From: Gemmatimonadales bacterium | GTDB taxonomy: Bacteria; Gemmatimonadota; Gemmatimonadetes; Gemmatimonadales; JACORV01 | Assembly (NCBI GenBank): GCA_049513575.1 | Contig: JBEKVZ010000005.1 | Location: 64,005-128,004 of the forward strand | Reading direction: 5' to 3' | DNA length: 64,000 nucleotides | Shown: positions 11,998 through 19,302 of the stretch, in pieces | Layout of the letters: each line of letters starts with the position of its first letter | How positions within the stretch are numbered: position 1 is the first letter of the stretch | Position numbers and translations under genes: made by a program | Notes under the pieces: generated by a model | The model's input: the letters and a program-made list of their open reading frames with translations, nothing else | What the model was told of the DNA's origin: nothing | Databases searched by the model: none

Positions 11998-12270
11998 GTG
12001 GAACAACTCGCCCCGGTCATCGTCTCCCTCGCGTTGTTCGCCGTCCTCGGCGCGGTCGTACTGGGCCCCATCGGGCGGGCGTTCGCGGAGCGGCTGCGGG
12101 GCAAGGGCCGGGAGCCGGCGCTGGACAGCGCCGAAGTCGAGGCGCTGCGCGATGAGTTGAGCATCGTGCGCCAGCAGTTGGGGGAGCTGGCCGAGCGGCA
12201 GGACTTCACCGAGCGGCTGCTGGGCCAAGTGAAGGAGCGCGGGCTGCTGAACGCGCCGAAGGAGCGCTGA
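11998..12270 (+). CDS. Small single-TM coiled-coil protein, paralog 2 of 5
   Basis: The GTG immediately follows the stop of paralog 1. It has an N-terminal TM (VIVSLALFAVLGAVVLGPIG) and the C-terminal motif RQDFTERLLGQVKERGLLNAPKER. Confidence 0.7.
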   Translation: MEQLAPVIVSLALFAVLGAVVLGPIGRAFAERLRGKGREPALDSAEVEALRDELSIVRQQLGELAERQDFTERLLGQVKERGLLNAPKER

Positions 12271-12272
12271 GG

Positions 12273-12566
12273 ATGTCGATGATGAGCGGGCCCGAATCCG
12301 TCGGCATGCTCGCGATGGTCGCGCTGATCGGCGTGTCGATCCTGACGCTGGCCAAGGCGTTCGCCAAGCGCATCGCCGGCGGCGCGACCGATTCGCGGGA
12401 AGTCGAAGCGCTCCGGGACGAGGTGGCGCAGCTGCGGGCCGACCTGGAAGGGATGCAGGCACGGCTCGCCGACGTGGACGAGATCCAGAACCGCCTCGAC
12501 TTCACCGAGCGGCTGCTGGCACAGGCGCGGGAGCGCGGGCTCCTGAACGCACCGAAGGAGCGGTAG
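12273..12566 (+). CDS. Small single-TM coiled-coil protein, paralog 3 of 5
   Basis: The ATG lies 2 nt after the previous stop. TM is MLAMVALIGVSILTLA. C-terminal motif is NRLDFTERLLAQARERGLLNAPKER. Confidence 0.7.
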   Translation: MSMMSGPESVGMLAMVALIGVSILTLAKAFAKRIAGGATDSREVEALRDEVAQLRADLEGMQARLADVDEIQNRLDFTERLLAQARERGLLNAPKER

Positions 12567-12571
12567 GCGAG

Positions 12572-12853
12572 ATGGTCGATTGGACGGGCATGATCGCGAT
12601 CGTCGGGTTCTTCGGTACGGTCATCACGGGGTTCGTGGCGTTCAGCCCGGTCGGCCGGGCGATCGGGACGACGATCCTGCGCAAGGGCGCCGCCGGCGCG
12701 CCGCCGGAGCTGATGGAGCAGGTGGACGCGTTGGCCGACCGGGTCGAAGGGATCCAGCGGCAGGTGGCGGAGCTTGCCGAGCGGCAGGACTTCGCCGAGC
12801 GTCTGCTGGCCAAGGCGCGGGAGAAGGAGCTGCCGGCGGGAGGGCCGTCCTGA
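12572..12853 (+). CDS. Small single-TM coiled-coil protein, paralog 4 of 5
   Basis: TM is MIAIVGFFGTVITGFVAF. Motif is AELAERQDFAERLLAKAREKE. There is a 5-nt gap from paralog 3. Confidence 0.7.
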   Translation: MVDWTGMIAIVGFFGTVITGFVAFSPVGRAIGTTILRKGAAGAPPELMEQVDALADRVEGIQRQVAELAERQDFAERLLAKAREKELPAGGPS

Positions 12854-13185
12854 TGCAGATGGGCCCGAGCCCTCAGGAGATGGTCCCGATCCTCATCCCG
12901 ATCTTCGGGATGCTGACGGGCATCACGATCACCGGCTTCGTGGTGTTGGGCCCGGTGGGCCGCGCGGTCGGCCGGGTGATCATGCGGATCTTCGGCGCCG
13001 ACCGGGAGCTTCCGACCGGGGAGCTGCAGGACATCCGCGGCTTGTTGGAGGATCAGAGCGGGCGGATGGAGGCGGTGCAGCGCCAGCTCGCGGAGCTGGC
13101 CGAGCGCCAGGATTTCGCCGAGCGGCTGTTGGCTCAGGGCCGGAAGGAACCGCAGCTCCCTGGCGCCGGCGGCGCCACCGGGTGA
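12853..13185 (+). CDS. Small single-TM coiled-coil protein, paralog 5 of 5
   Basis: ATG 12853 overlaps the previous stop (TGATG). It lies inside the longer track ORF 12580..13185. TM is ILIPIFGMLTGITITGFVVLGPVG. Motif is AELAERQDFAERLLAQGRKE. Confidence 0.65.
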   Translation: MQMGPSPQEMVPILIPIFGMLTGITITGFVVLGPVGRAVGRVIMRIFGADRELPTGELQDIRGLLEDQSGRMEAVQRQLAELAERQDFAERLLAQGRKEPQLPGAGGATG

Positions 13186-13232
13186 AACATTGATGGCGGG
13201 CTCCGTACTGCCGCCGTCCTGAAGGAGTGGCC

Positions 13233-13628
13233 ATGGTGAGTCGGGAGGACTTGGAGGGCTTCATCTCGAGGCTGGAGGCGGAAGGCATCCATGCCCGCGA
13301 GATCGAGCCCGGCCTGTGGGTGCTGAACGCCAACGGCGACAGCCCCGAGGTGGTCGTCCACTACGCGCCGCCGGTCGTGGTGCTGCGCGTCAAGGTGATG
13401 ACGCTGCCCAAGAAGCTGAAGAAGCCGGACCTGTACCGGCACCTGCTGGAGCTGAACGCCAGGGACCTGGTGCATGGTGCGTACGGAGTGGACGGCGGCG
13501 ACATCGTGCTCTCCGACACGCTGGAGCTCGAGAACCTCGACTTCAACGAGTTCCAGGCGAGCTTCGAATCCATGACGCTGGCGCTGGCGTCGCACCTGGC
13601 GACGCTGGCCCCCTACCGGGAAGCGTGA
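13233..13628 (+). CDS. YbjN-like / T3SS-chaperone-like small cytoplasmic protein (tentative)
   Basis: ATG 13233 lies 5 nt after AAGGAG. The ~130 aa acidic protein has the alpha/beta pattern of the YbjN family. The assignment rests on sequence pattern only. Confidence 0.5.
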   Translation: MVSREDLEGFISRLEAEGIHAREIEPGLWVLNANGDSPEVVVHYAPPVVVLRVKVMTLPKKLKKPDLYRHLLELNARDLVHGAYGVDGGDIVLSDTLELENLDFNEFQASFESMTLALASHLATLAPYREA

Positions 13629-13634
13629 GGCCAT

Positions 13635-14450
13635 ATGGGAATCTTTGACCGTCTGTCCACGCTCCTCCGGTCGAACCTGAATGACCTGATCTCCTCCGCC
13701 GAGAACCCGGAGAAGATGCTGAACCAGCTGATCCTCGACATGCGGAGCCAGTTGGCGAAGGCGAAGCAGCAGGTGGCGGCGGCGATCGCGGACGAGAAGA
13801 AGCTCCAGGCGCAGGCCGAGCAGGAGAAGAAGCAGGCCGACGACTGGGAGAAGCGGGCGATGCTGGCGGTGCAGGAGGGGCGCGACGACCTGGCGAAGCA
13901 GGCGCTGCTCCGGCACTCGGAGCACATGGAAGCCGCTGTCCAGCTCGACGACACCTGGCGCAAGCACGCCGGGGAAACCGAGGCGCTGAAGAACTCGCTG
14001 CGCGCGCTCAACGACAAGATCGAGGAGGCGAAGCGCAAGAAGAACATCCTGATCGCGCGGCAGCGGCGCGCGGAGGCGCAGAAGCGCATCCACGAGACGA
14101 TGGGCTCGATCAGCGACAAGAGCGCCTTCGAGACCTTCGAGCGGATGGCCGACCGCATCGAGCAGAACGAGCGCAAGGCGCTCGCGGCGGCGGAGCTGTC
14201 GGAGGAGCTGTCGGGCGACTCGCTCGCCAAGCAGTTCGAGCAGCTGGAGTACAAGGCGGACGCCGACACGCAGCTCCTCGCGCTGAAGCAGAAGATGGGG
14301 CTCCTCGGCGCGGGCACGGCGGAGCAGCCGAAGCAGCTCGGCGCGGGGGCGGCCGGCGCCTCGGGCAAGGCGACCGACGTGCACGACGCGGAGGTGCTCG
14401 GCGAGGCGGAAGAGGACGAGGAGGACAAGCCGCCGCGCAAGAAAGGCTGA
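13635..14450 (+). CDS. pspA: PspA/IM30 (Vipp1) family protein
   Basis: N-terminus MGIFDRLSTLLRSNLNDLISSAENPEKMLNQLILDM is the canonical PspA/IM30 start. It has a long coiled coil and an acidic C-terminal tail. Confidence 0.85.
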   Translation: MGIFDRLSTLLRSNLNDLISSAENPEKMLNQLILDMRSQLAKAKQQVAAAIADEKKLQAQAEQEKKQADDWEKRAMLAVQEGRDDLAKQALLRHSEHMEAAVQLDDTWRKHAGETEALKNSLRALNDKIEEAKRKKNILIARQRRAEAQKRIHETMGSISDKSAFETFERMADRIEQNERKALAAAELSEELSGDSLAKQFEQLEYKADADTQLLALKQKMGLLGAGTAEQPKQLGAGAAGASGKATDVHDAEVLGEAEEDEEDKPPRKKG

Positions 14451-15578
14451 GTGCCGCCGACTGACGCCGTCCCGTCGGCGCGGCGCGCCGCGCCGGTGGT
14501 CCTGCTCCTGCTGGTGGCCGCGCTCCTGCTGTTCGTCTGGCGGATCGGGGCGCTGCTCCTGCTGGTCTTCATCGCCGCGCTCGTCGCCGTCTATCTCTCG
14601 GCGCTCACCGACGCCGTGGTGCGCTGGGCGCGGGTCCCGCGCCCGCTCGCTCTCACCCTCGCCATCGTCGCGACCCTGGCCGCGCTGTCCGGCATCGCGG
14701 TGCTGGTCGCGGCACCCGTGGCCCAGCAGACCGCGGACCTGATCGCCGCGGTGCCGCAGTACCTCACCGACATCGACGCCCTGATCGCCCGCTGGATCCA
14801 GCGCTTCCCGCAGCTCGTGAGCGCCGGCCTGGGGGCCGGGGAGACCGGCTTGGTGTCGACGTCGCTGCGGGAGGGAGCCGAGTTCGTGCGCCGCGGGATC
14901 ATCCCCACCGCGACCGCCACGGGCCTGGTCCTGATCGACGCCGTCGCAGTGATGGTGATGGCGATCTATTTGGCGGCGCGGCCGGCCGTCTACCAGGAGG
15001 GCATGCTGGCGCTCGTGCCGCCGCGGCACCGCGCCTTCGCGCGCGCGATCGTTCGGGACATCGCCGCGACGCTGCGCGCGTGGGTCGGGGCCCAGCTGCT
15101 CGCGATGGTGATGCTGGCCGTGCTGACGGGCATCGGGCTGTGGCTGCTGGACGTGCCCTACTGGCTGGCGTTCGCCGTCTTCACCGGCGTGGTCGCCCTC
15201 GTCCCCTTCTTCGGGACGCTTTTCTCGACGCTCCTGCCGGCACTGCTCGTCCTCCCGGGGCGCGGCCTCCTGGTGGCGCTCGCCGTGGCGTCCGTGGGCG
15301 TCGTGGTCCACCTGGTCGAGGCCAACCTCGTCAGCCCTCTCGTGATGCAGCGGAAGGTGGCGCTCCCGCCGGTGCTGACGATCCTCAGCGTGCTGATCGC
15401 GGCCGAAGTCTCGGGTCTGGTCGGCATGCTCGTCGCGGTGCCCGCGCTGGCCACGCTCGTCGTTCTCGTGCGCCACATCCTGATCGACCGGGTCTACGGC
15501 GAGGGCACCGAGGACGCGGTCGCGATGAGTCCCGCCGTGCTCGTGACGACGCGAGAGATGCCGGTGGCGAGGGTGTAG
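14451..15578 (+). CDS. AI-2E family (PerM/UPF0118) transporter
   Basis: The GTG abuts the pspA stop. It is a 375 aa polytopic membrane protein with typical AI-2E topology and a conserved C-terminal half (VGxQLxxMxxLxxL, VPFFG). Confidence 0.75.
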   Translation: MPPTDAVPSARRAAPVVLLLLVAALLLFVWRIGALLLLVFIAALVAVYLSALTDAVVRWARVPRPLALTLAIVATLAALSGIAVLVAAPVAQQTADLIAAVPQYLTDIDALIARWIQRFPQLVSAGLGAGETGLVSTSLREGAEFVRRGIIPTATATGLVLIDAVAVMVMAIYLAARPAVYQEGMLALVPPRHRAFARAIVRDIAATLRAWVGAQLLAMVMLAVLTGIGLWLLDVPYWLAFAVFTGVVALVPFFGTLFSTLLPALLVLPGRGLLVALAVASVGVVVHLVEANLVSPLVMQRKVALPPVLTILSVLIAAEVSGLVGMLVAVPALATLVVLVRHILIDRVYGEGTEDAVAMSPAVLVTTREMPVARV

Positions 15579-15673
15579 GGGTTGGGGCTTAGGGGTCAGG
15601 GGTTAGACGGACAAAGGCGCCACCGGTAGCGTGGCGCCTCCTCGTTTGTCCCTAACCCCTAACCCCTAACCCC
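15579..15673. terminator. Composite palindromic element: G-rich heptamer words, an inner GC hairpin, then CCCCTAA words
   Basis: Sequence: GGGTTGGGGCTTAGGGGTCAGGGGTTAG ... GGCGCCAC-cggtagc-GTGGCGCC ... CTAACCCCTAACCCCTAACCCC. It lies between convergent genes and overlaps the racemase stop codon. Confidence 0.55.
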
Positions 15674-16457
15674 ACTCGAACGACCCCGGATTCCTCCGGC
15701 CGTACGCCAGATCCAGCAGCGCGTCCGCCGCCACTTTCAGCGGATCCACCAGCGGCACGTCCGGGAACGACTCGGGCGTCAATCCCACCGACACTTCCGT
15801 GCACGCCGGCACCATGACTGTCGCGCCCTGCTCCACGCACCATCGCGCCGCCGCGAGCAGGTGCTCGCGCGCCTCGCCGCTCACCCGATCGCCGGTTGCC
15901 TTGATGCCCGTCCCGGGGTCCGCGATCGCGGCGCCCACGCGCGCCTGGATCCTCGAGCCGACCTCGGGAGCGACCGCGACCAGGTCCCGCGCCTCGAGCG
16001 CGCGCTGGTAGAGCCCCGCGCTCAGCGTGCCGTCCGTGCCGAGCAGGCCGACCTTGGTTCCGGCCGGGTGCGCCGCGCGGACGGCGGCTGCCGCCAGCTC
16101 CATCAGGTGCACCCACGGGATGCGGAGAGACTTCTGGACTTCGCCGTGCCAGGCGTGCGCGGTGTTGCAGACCACGAACAGCGCATCGGCGCCGCTCCGC
16201 TCGAGGAGTCTGGCGTAGGCGGTCAGGTGGGAGAGAGGACTCGCGCCCCCTTCGAGCAGGGCCCCGGTCCGGCCGGGCGTCGAGGCGGCGCTCGCCAGGA
16301 GCCACACCGGGTGGTCGCGGTCGCCGCGCGCGCCGCGTTCGTGGCTGCGCGCGAGGATCTCGCGCTCGAATTGCACGTGCGAAAGCGGCCCGAGGCCGCC
16401 GAGGATGCCGGGTACGTACTTCTGTCCCGGAGAAAGGAGCGCCGGGTCGAGCGCCAT
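15666..16457 (-). CDS. Aspartate/glutamate racemase family protein
   Basis: Has the two catalytic Cys motifs VVCNTAH and PACTE. ATG 16457 (MALDPALL) was chosen within the ORF. Confidence 0.75.
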   Translation of the reverse strand: MALDPALLSPGQKYVPGILGGLGPLSHVQFEREILARSHERGARGDRDHPVWLLASAASTPGRTGALLEGGASPLSHLTAYARLLERSGADALFVVCNTAHAWHGEVQKSLRIPWVHLMELAAAAVRAAHPAGTKVGLLGTDGTLSAGLYQRALEARDLVAVAPEVGSRIQARVGAAIADPGTGIKATGDRVSGEAREHLLAAARWCVEQGATVMVPACTEVSVGLTPESFPDVPLVDPLKVAADALLDLAYGRRNPGSFEWG

Positions 16458-16549
16458 CGCCTGCCGCCTCCGTGGAGCGCCGCTATACAATAACGCGCCG
16501 GGGCGGAGCCCGTGGCCTCCGCGTTCTTCGCGGTCTACATTCTCCGGTC

Positions 16550-17644
16550 ATGGCGCGCGCTCCGACCTTTCTGGCCATCGCCGACGGCAGCTTCGGCGTC
16601 ATCACCGCGAAGACCGCCGTCTCGGCGATCCGCTACCTCCCCGAGCGCGTGGTCGGCGTTCTCGATTCGACGGCGAGCGCCCGCACGGTCGAGGAGGCGA
16701 TCGGCTTCGGCGGGGCGATCCCCATCGTCCGCACGCTCGAGGAAGGGCTCGCCTTGAGGGCCGCCCCTCAGGCGCTCCTGATCGGCATCGCACCCCGCGG
16801 CGGGCGGCTGCCCGCCGAGTGGCGCGGGTGGATCGAGCAGGCGATCGATCGCGGCCTCGAGATCTGGAGCGGGCTTCACACCTACCTGAACGACGACCCG
16901 GTCCTGGCGGCGCGCGCCCGGAAGCGGGGCGTCCGCATCTTCGACCTGCGGAAGCCACCCGACGTCCTGCCCGTGGCCAACGGCCGCGCGCGGCTGGTGG
17001 ACGCGCTGGTCGTGCTCACCGTCGGTTCCGACTGCAACAGCGGGAAGATGACCGCCCTGATCGAGATCGAACGAGGTCTCCGCCGGCGCTCCGTGGGTTG
17101 CCAGTTCGTCGCCACCGGACAGACGGGGATCCTGCTCGCGGGCAAGGGCATCGCCGTGGACGCGGTGGTGGGAGACTTCATCGCCGGCGCGACGGAGCAG
17201 ATGGTCGTCGAGGCCGCCAAGGGCTCCGACGTCGTCCTGGTCGAAGGGCAGGGGAGCCTCATCCATCCCGGTTACTCGGCCGTCTCGCTCGGGCTCATCC
17301 ACGGCTCCTGCCCCGCGGCGATGATCCTCTGCCACCAGGCGTCGCGGCGGCTGGTCGGCGAGTACCACGGTGCCAGCGCGTTCCTGCCGATCCCGCCGCT
17401 CGCCCGGCTCGTCCATCTCCACGAGCAAGCCGCGGCCCTCGTGAACCCGTCGCGCGTCATCGGCGTTGCGCTGATGACCTACGATCTCCCCGAAGCGGCG
17501 GCCCGCGACGCGGTGCGGCGCGCCGAGGACGAGACCGGCCTCCCGGCGACGGACCCGGTCCGCTTCGGCGCCGCCCCGCTGATCGAGGCCATCGCCGCGG
17601 CGGCGGCCGCCCGCCGGGCCGCGCGCGCAAGAGCGCCCGCATAG
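16550..17644 (+). CDS. DUF1611-family protein (DgcN-like, putative D-amino-acid N-acetyltransferase family)
   Basis: N-terminus MARAPTFLAIADGSFGVITAKTA... and the P-loop-like region VGSDCNSGKMT are typical of DUF1611. It is divergent from the racemase gene. Confidence 0.65.
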   Translation: MARAPTFLAIADGSFGVITAKTAVSAIRYLPERVVGVLDSTASARTVEEAIGFGGAIPIVRTLEEGLALRAAPQALLIGIAPRGGRLPAEWRGWIEQAIDRGLEIWSGLHTYLNDDPVLAARARKRGVRIFDLRKPPDVLPVANGRARLVDALVVLTVGSDCNSGKMTALIEIERGLRRRSVGCQFVATGQTGILLAGKGIAVDAVVGDFIAGATEQMVVEAAKGSDVVLVEGQGSLIHPGYSAVSLGLIHGSCPAAMILCHQASRRLVGEYHGASAFLPIPPLARLVHLHEQAAALVNPSRVIGVALMTYDLPEAAARDAVRRAEDETGLPATDPVRFGAAPLIEAIAAAAAARRAARARAPA

Positions 17645-17776
17645 GATCGCGCCCTCCTCGGGCGCTTCCGGTACCAGCATCCGACGGCACCGCATTAGGT
17701 TCGCGCCGCCTCGACGAGCGAGGCGGTGCGTGCCGGCGTTCGCCCATCCATTCGACCTCAACGCAGGAGCGAACCA

Positions 17777-17977
17777 ATGAAGCGGACGATCTACGCGCTG
17801 GTGTCGGCGCTGGCCCTCCTGGGCTCCGCGCCGGCGGCGAGAGCGGAAACGTTGCTGAAGTGTGTGGAGGAGGCGATCGCGGACTGCGACGCGCGGTTCC
17901 CGCCGTCGGACTACCGCAACATCGCGATCCGCGGGTGGTGCTACATGATCGGCACCGCCATGTGCAAGGCGAGCTGA
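17777..17977 (+). CDS. Small secreted Cys-rich protein (66 aa precursor, 4 Cys in the mature part)
   Basis: AGGAG lies upstream of ATG 17777. The Sec signal is MKRTIYALVSALALLGSAPAARA. The mature ~43 aa carries C-x7-C...C-x8-C. Confidence 0.55.
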   Translation: MKRTIYALVSALALLGSAPAARAETLLKCVEEAIADCDARFPPSDYRNIAIRGWCYMIGTAMCKAS

Positions 17978-18022
17978 CGCGACCGCAACCTGAGAGACCG
18001 CAACCGAGACCGGGAGCCGGGA

Positions 18023-18568
18023 TTGAGGATGTTCACGGGGCACGCCTGCCGCATCGGCCGCCGGGGCTCGGCGCAAGCCGGAGCCCTGGCGGCACTCGTC
18101 GTTCTGGGCTGTGTGGCGCCGTCCGTCCAGCCGCCCGCCACGCGCGCCTCGCTCGAGCGACTGGCGACCGCGGCGACCACCGACATCTACCGGCACCCTG
18201 CGCGGGTCGCCCTTCTCCTCTCGGGCCGCGCCGTCCTCTACTTCTTCCGCACCGACTGCCGGTACTGCGCCGCCGACCTGGCGAAGGCGCGCGCGCTCGC
18301 CGCGACGCCGGGTTCCCCCGCGCTGGTGCTCGTTTCGCGCGAGGGCGCTTCGCGCCTCCGGGCCGCGCTCGGGCCGGCCCACCTCGCGCGTCTCGTCGTC
18401 CTCTCCGACAGCGACGGAGCGCTGATGGACTCGGCGCTGGTCACGCGCTTCGTTCCGCGCGTCGTCGCGGTCGCCGGCTTCCGCGTGCTCCTCGACCGGA
18501 CGGGACATGGCGGTCCCGGCCTCGCGGGGGCGGTCGCGATCGCGTCGTCGCAGGGGCAGGGCCGGTGA
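18023..18568 (+). CDS. Thioredoxin-fold lipoprotein with CxxC (CRYC) motif
   Basis: Has lipobox VVLGC and FFRTDCRYC in a thioredoxin-like context. The start is TTG 18023 or ATG 18029. Confidence 0.6.
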   Translation: MRMFTGHACRIGRRGSAQAGALAALVVLGCVAPSVQPPATRASLERLATAATTDIYRHPARVALLLSGRAVLYFFRTDCRYCAADLAKARALAATPGSPALVLVSREGASRLRAALGPAHLARLVVLSDSDGALMDSALVTRFVPRVVAVAGFRVLLDRTGHGGPGLAGAVAIASSQGQGR

Positions 18569-19302
18569 GACTCGTTCTGGTCGAGGCCCTCACGTTCGCC
18601 CGACGGCTGGCGCGCCGGCGCCTCGTCGCGGTCGTCATCGCGCTCGACGCGGCGGTGGTCGCCTGGATCGCGCTCGTCTCGCCGGTCGGTTCTCTTCGCG
18701 CTGCCTTCGCCGCCGCCCAAGGGCTCGGCGCCCTCACCACGCTCGTGCTGTCGTCCGGCTGCGTGGCCGATGATCGGAGCGCGGCCCGGCTGGTCCTCGC
18801 CGCGACGCATCCCGAGCGGCGGTCTGCCTGGGTGCTCGGGCGCTGGCTGACGGTTGCAGCTGCGGCCGCGTGCGTGACCGTCGGCACGGTCGCCGTCGCG
18901 GCCATCGGGGGGCCTGGTCTCGGGCGAGCCGGCGCCTTCGTGCTCGGTGCGGGGGCCGCCGCCCTGCACGTCGGCGTGCTCGCGGCGCTGGCGGTCGCGT
19001 TGTCGTGCGGCGCCGGAAGCACCGAGCAGGTGCTGGCGCTTCTGGGCCTGCTGCTGTTCGGTCTGGTCCCGCCGGAGGTCGTGGGGACCGTGCTCGCCGC
19101 GCCGTGGCTCGAGCCCGTGACGCGGGCTGCGTGGTCGCTGCTCCCCACGCCGTGGGCGCTGGATCGCGTCCAGGCCTGGGCCGCGGGCGCCGAAGGCGCG
19201 CACCCGGTGCTGGCTCTGGCGCTCCTGACGCAGACGCCGCTCTGGCTCGCCGCCGGAGCGCGCGCTGTCGCTCGGGCCGAGCTGGGAGCGCGGGGGCTCT
19301 GA
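18565..19302 (+). CDS. Polytopic membrane protein (ABC-2-type permease-like)
   Basis: GTG 18565 overlaps the previous stop (GTGA). It is the 3' part of the track ORF 16405..19302, with about 6 hydrophobic segments. Confidence 0.5.
   Translation: MRLVLVEALTFARRLARRRLVAVVIALDAAVVAWIALVSPVGSLRAAFAAAQGLGALTTLVLSSGCVADDRSAARLVLAATHPERRSAWVLGRWLTVAAAAACVTVGTVAVAAIGGPGLGRAGAFVLGAGAAALHVGVLAALAVALSCGAGSTEQVLALLGLLLFGLVPPEVVGTVLAAPWLEPVTRAAWSLLPTPWALDRVQAWAAGAEGAHPVLALALLTQTPLWLAAGARAVARAELGARGL

Noticed and set aside
11649-12155. 168-aa plus-strand ORF overlapping small paralogs 1-2 in another frame
   Set aside because: Its translation is Arg/Gly-rich. The alternative frames give five mutually homologous TM-plus-coiled-coil proteins, which is much stronger evidence.
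13134-15476. 780-aa minus-strand ORF over the ybjN-like/pspA/AI-2E genes
   Set aside because: It is antisense to recognisable genes and gives a low-complexity Arg/Asp/His/Gln-rich translation.
15579-15673. Telomere-like (CCCCTAA)n / (TTAGGGG)n repeats here and at 35709-35785, considered as telomeric or CRISPR-like repeats
   Set aside because: There are only 3-5 degenerate units arranged as inverted arms around a loop, inside a bacterial intergenic spacer. There are no unique spacers and no regular repeat-spacer periodicity, so this is neither a CRISPR array nor a chromosome end.
16405-19302. 965-aa plus-strand ORF
   Set aside because: Only its last 245 codons (from GTG 18565) are plausible as a membrane protein. 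The upstream part overlaps the DUF1611 gene, the Cys-rich peptide gene and the thioredoxin-like gene in other frames, and it translates to Arg/Pro/Gly-rich sequence.
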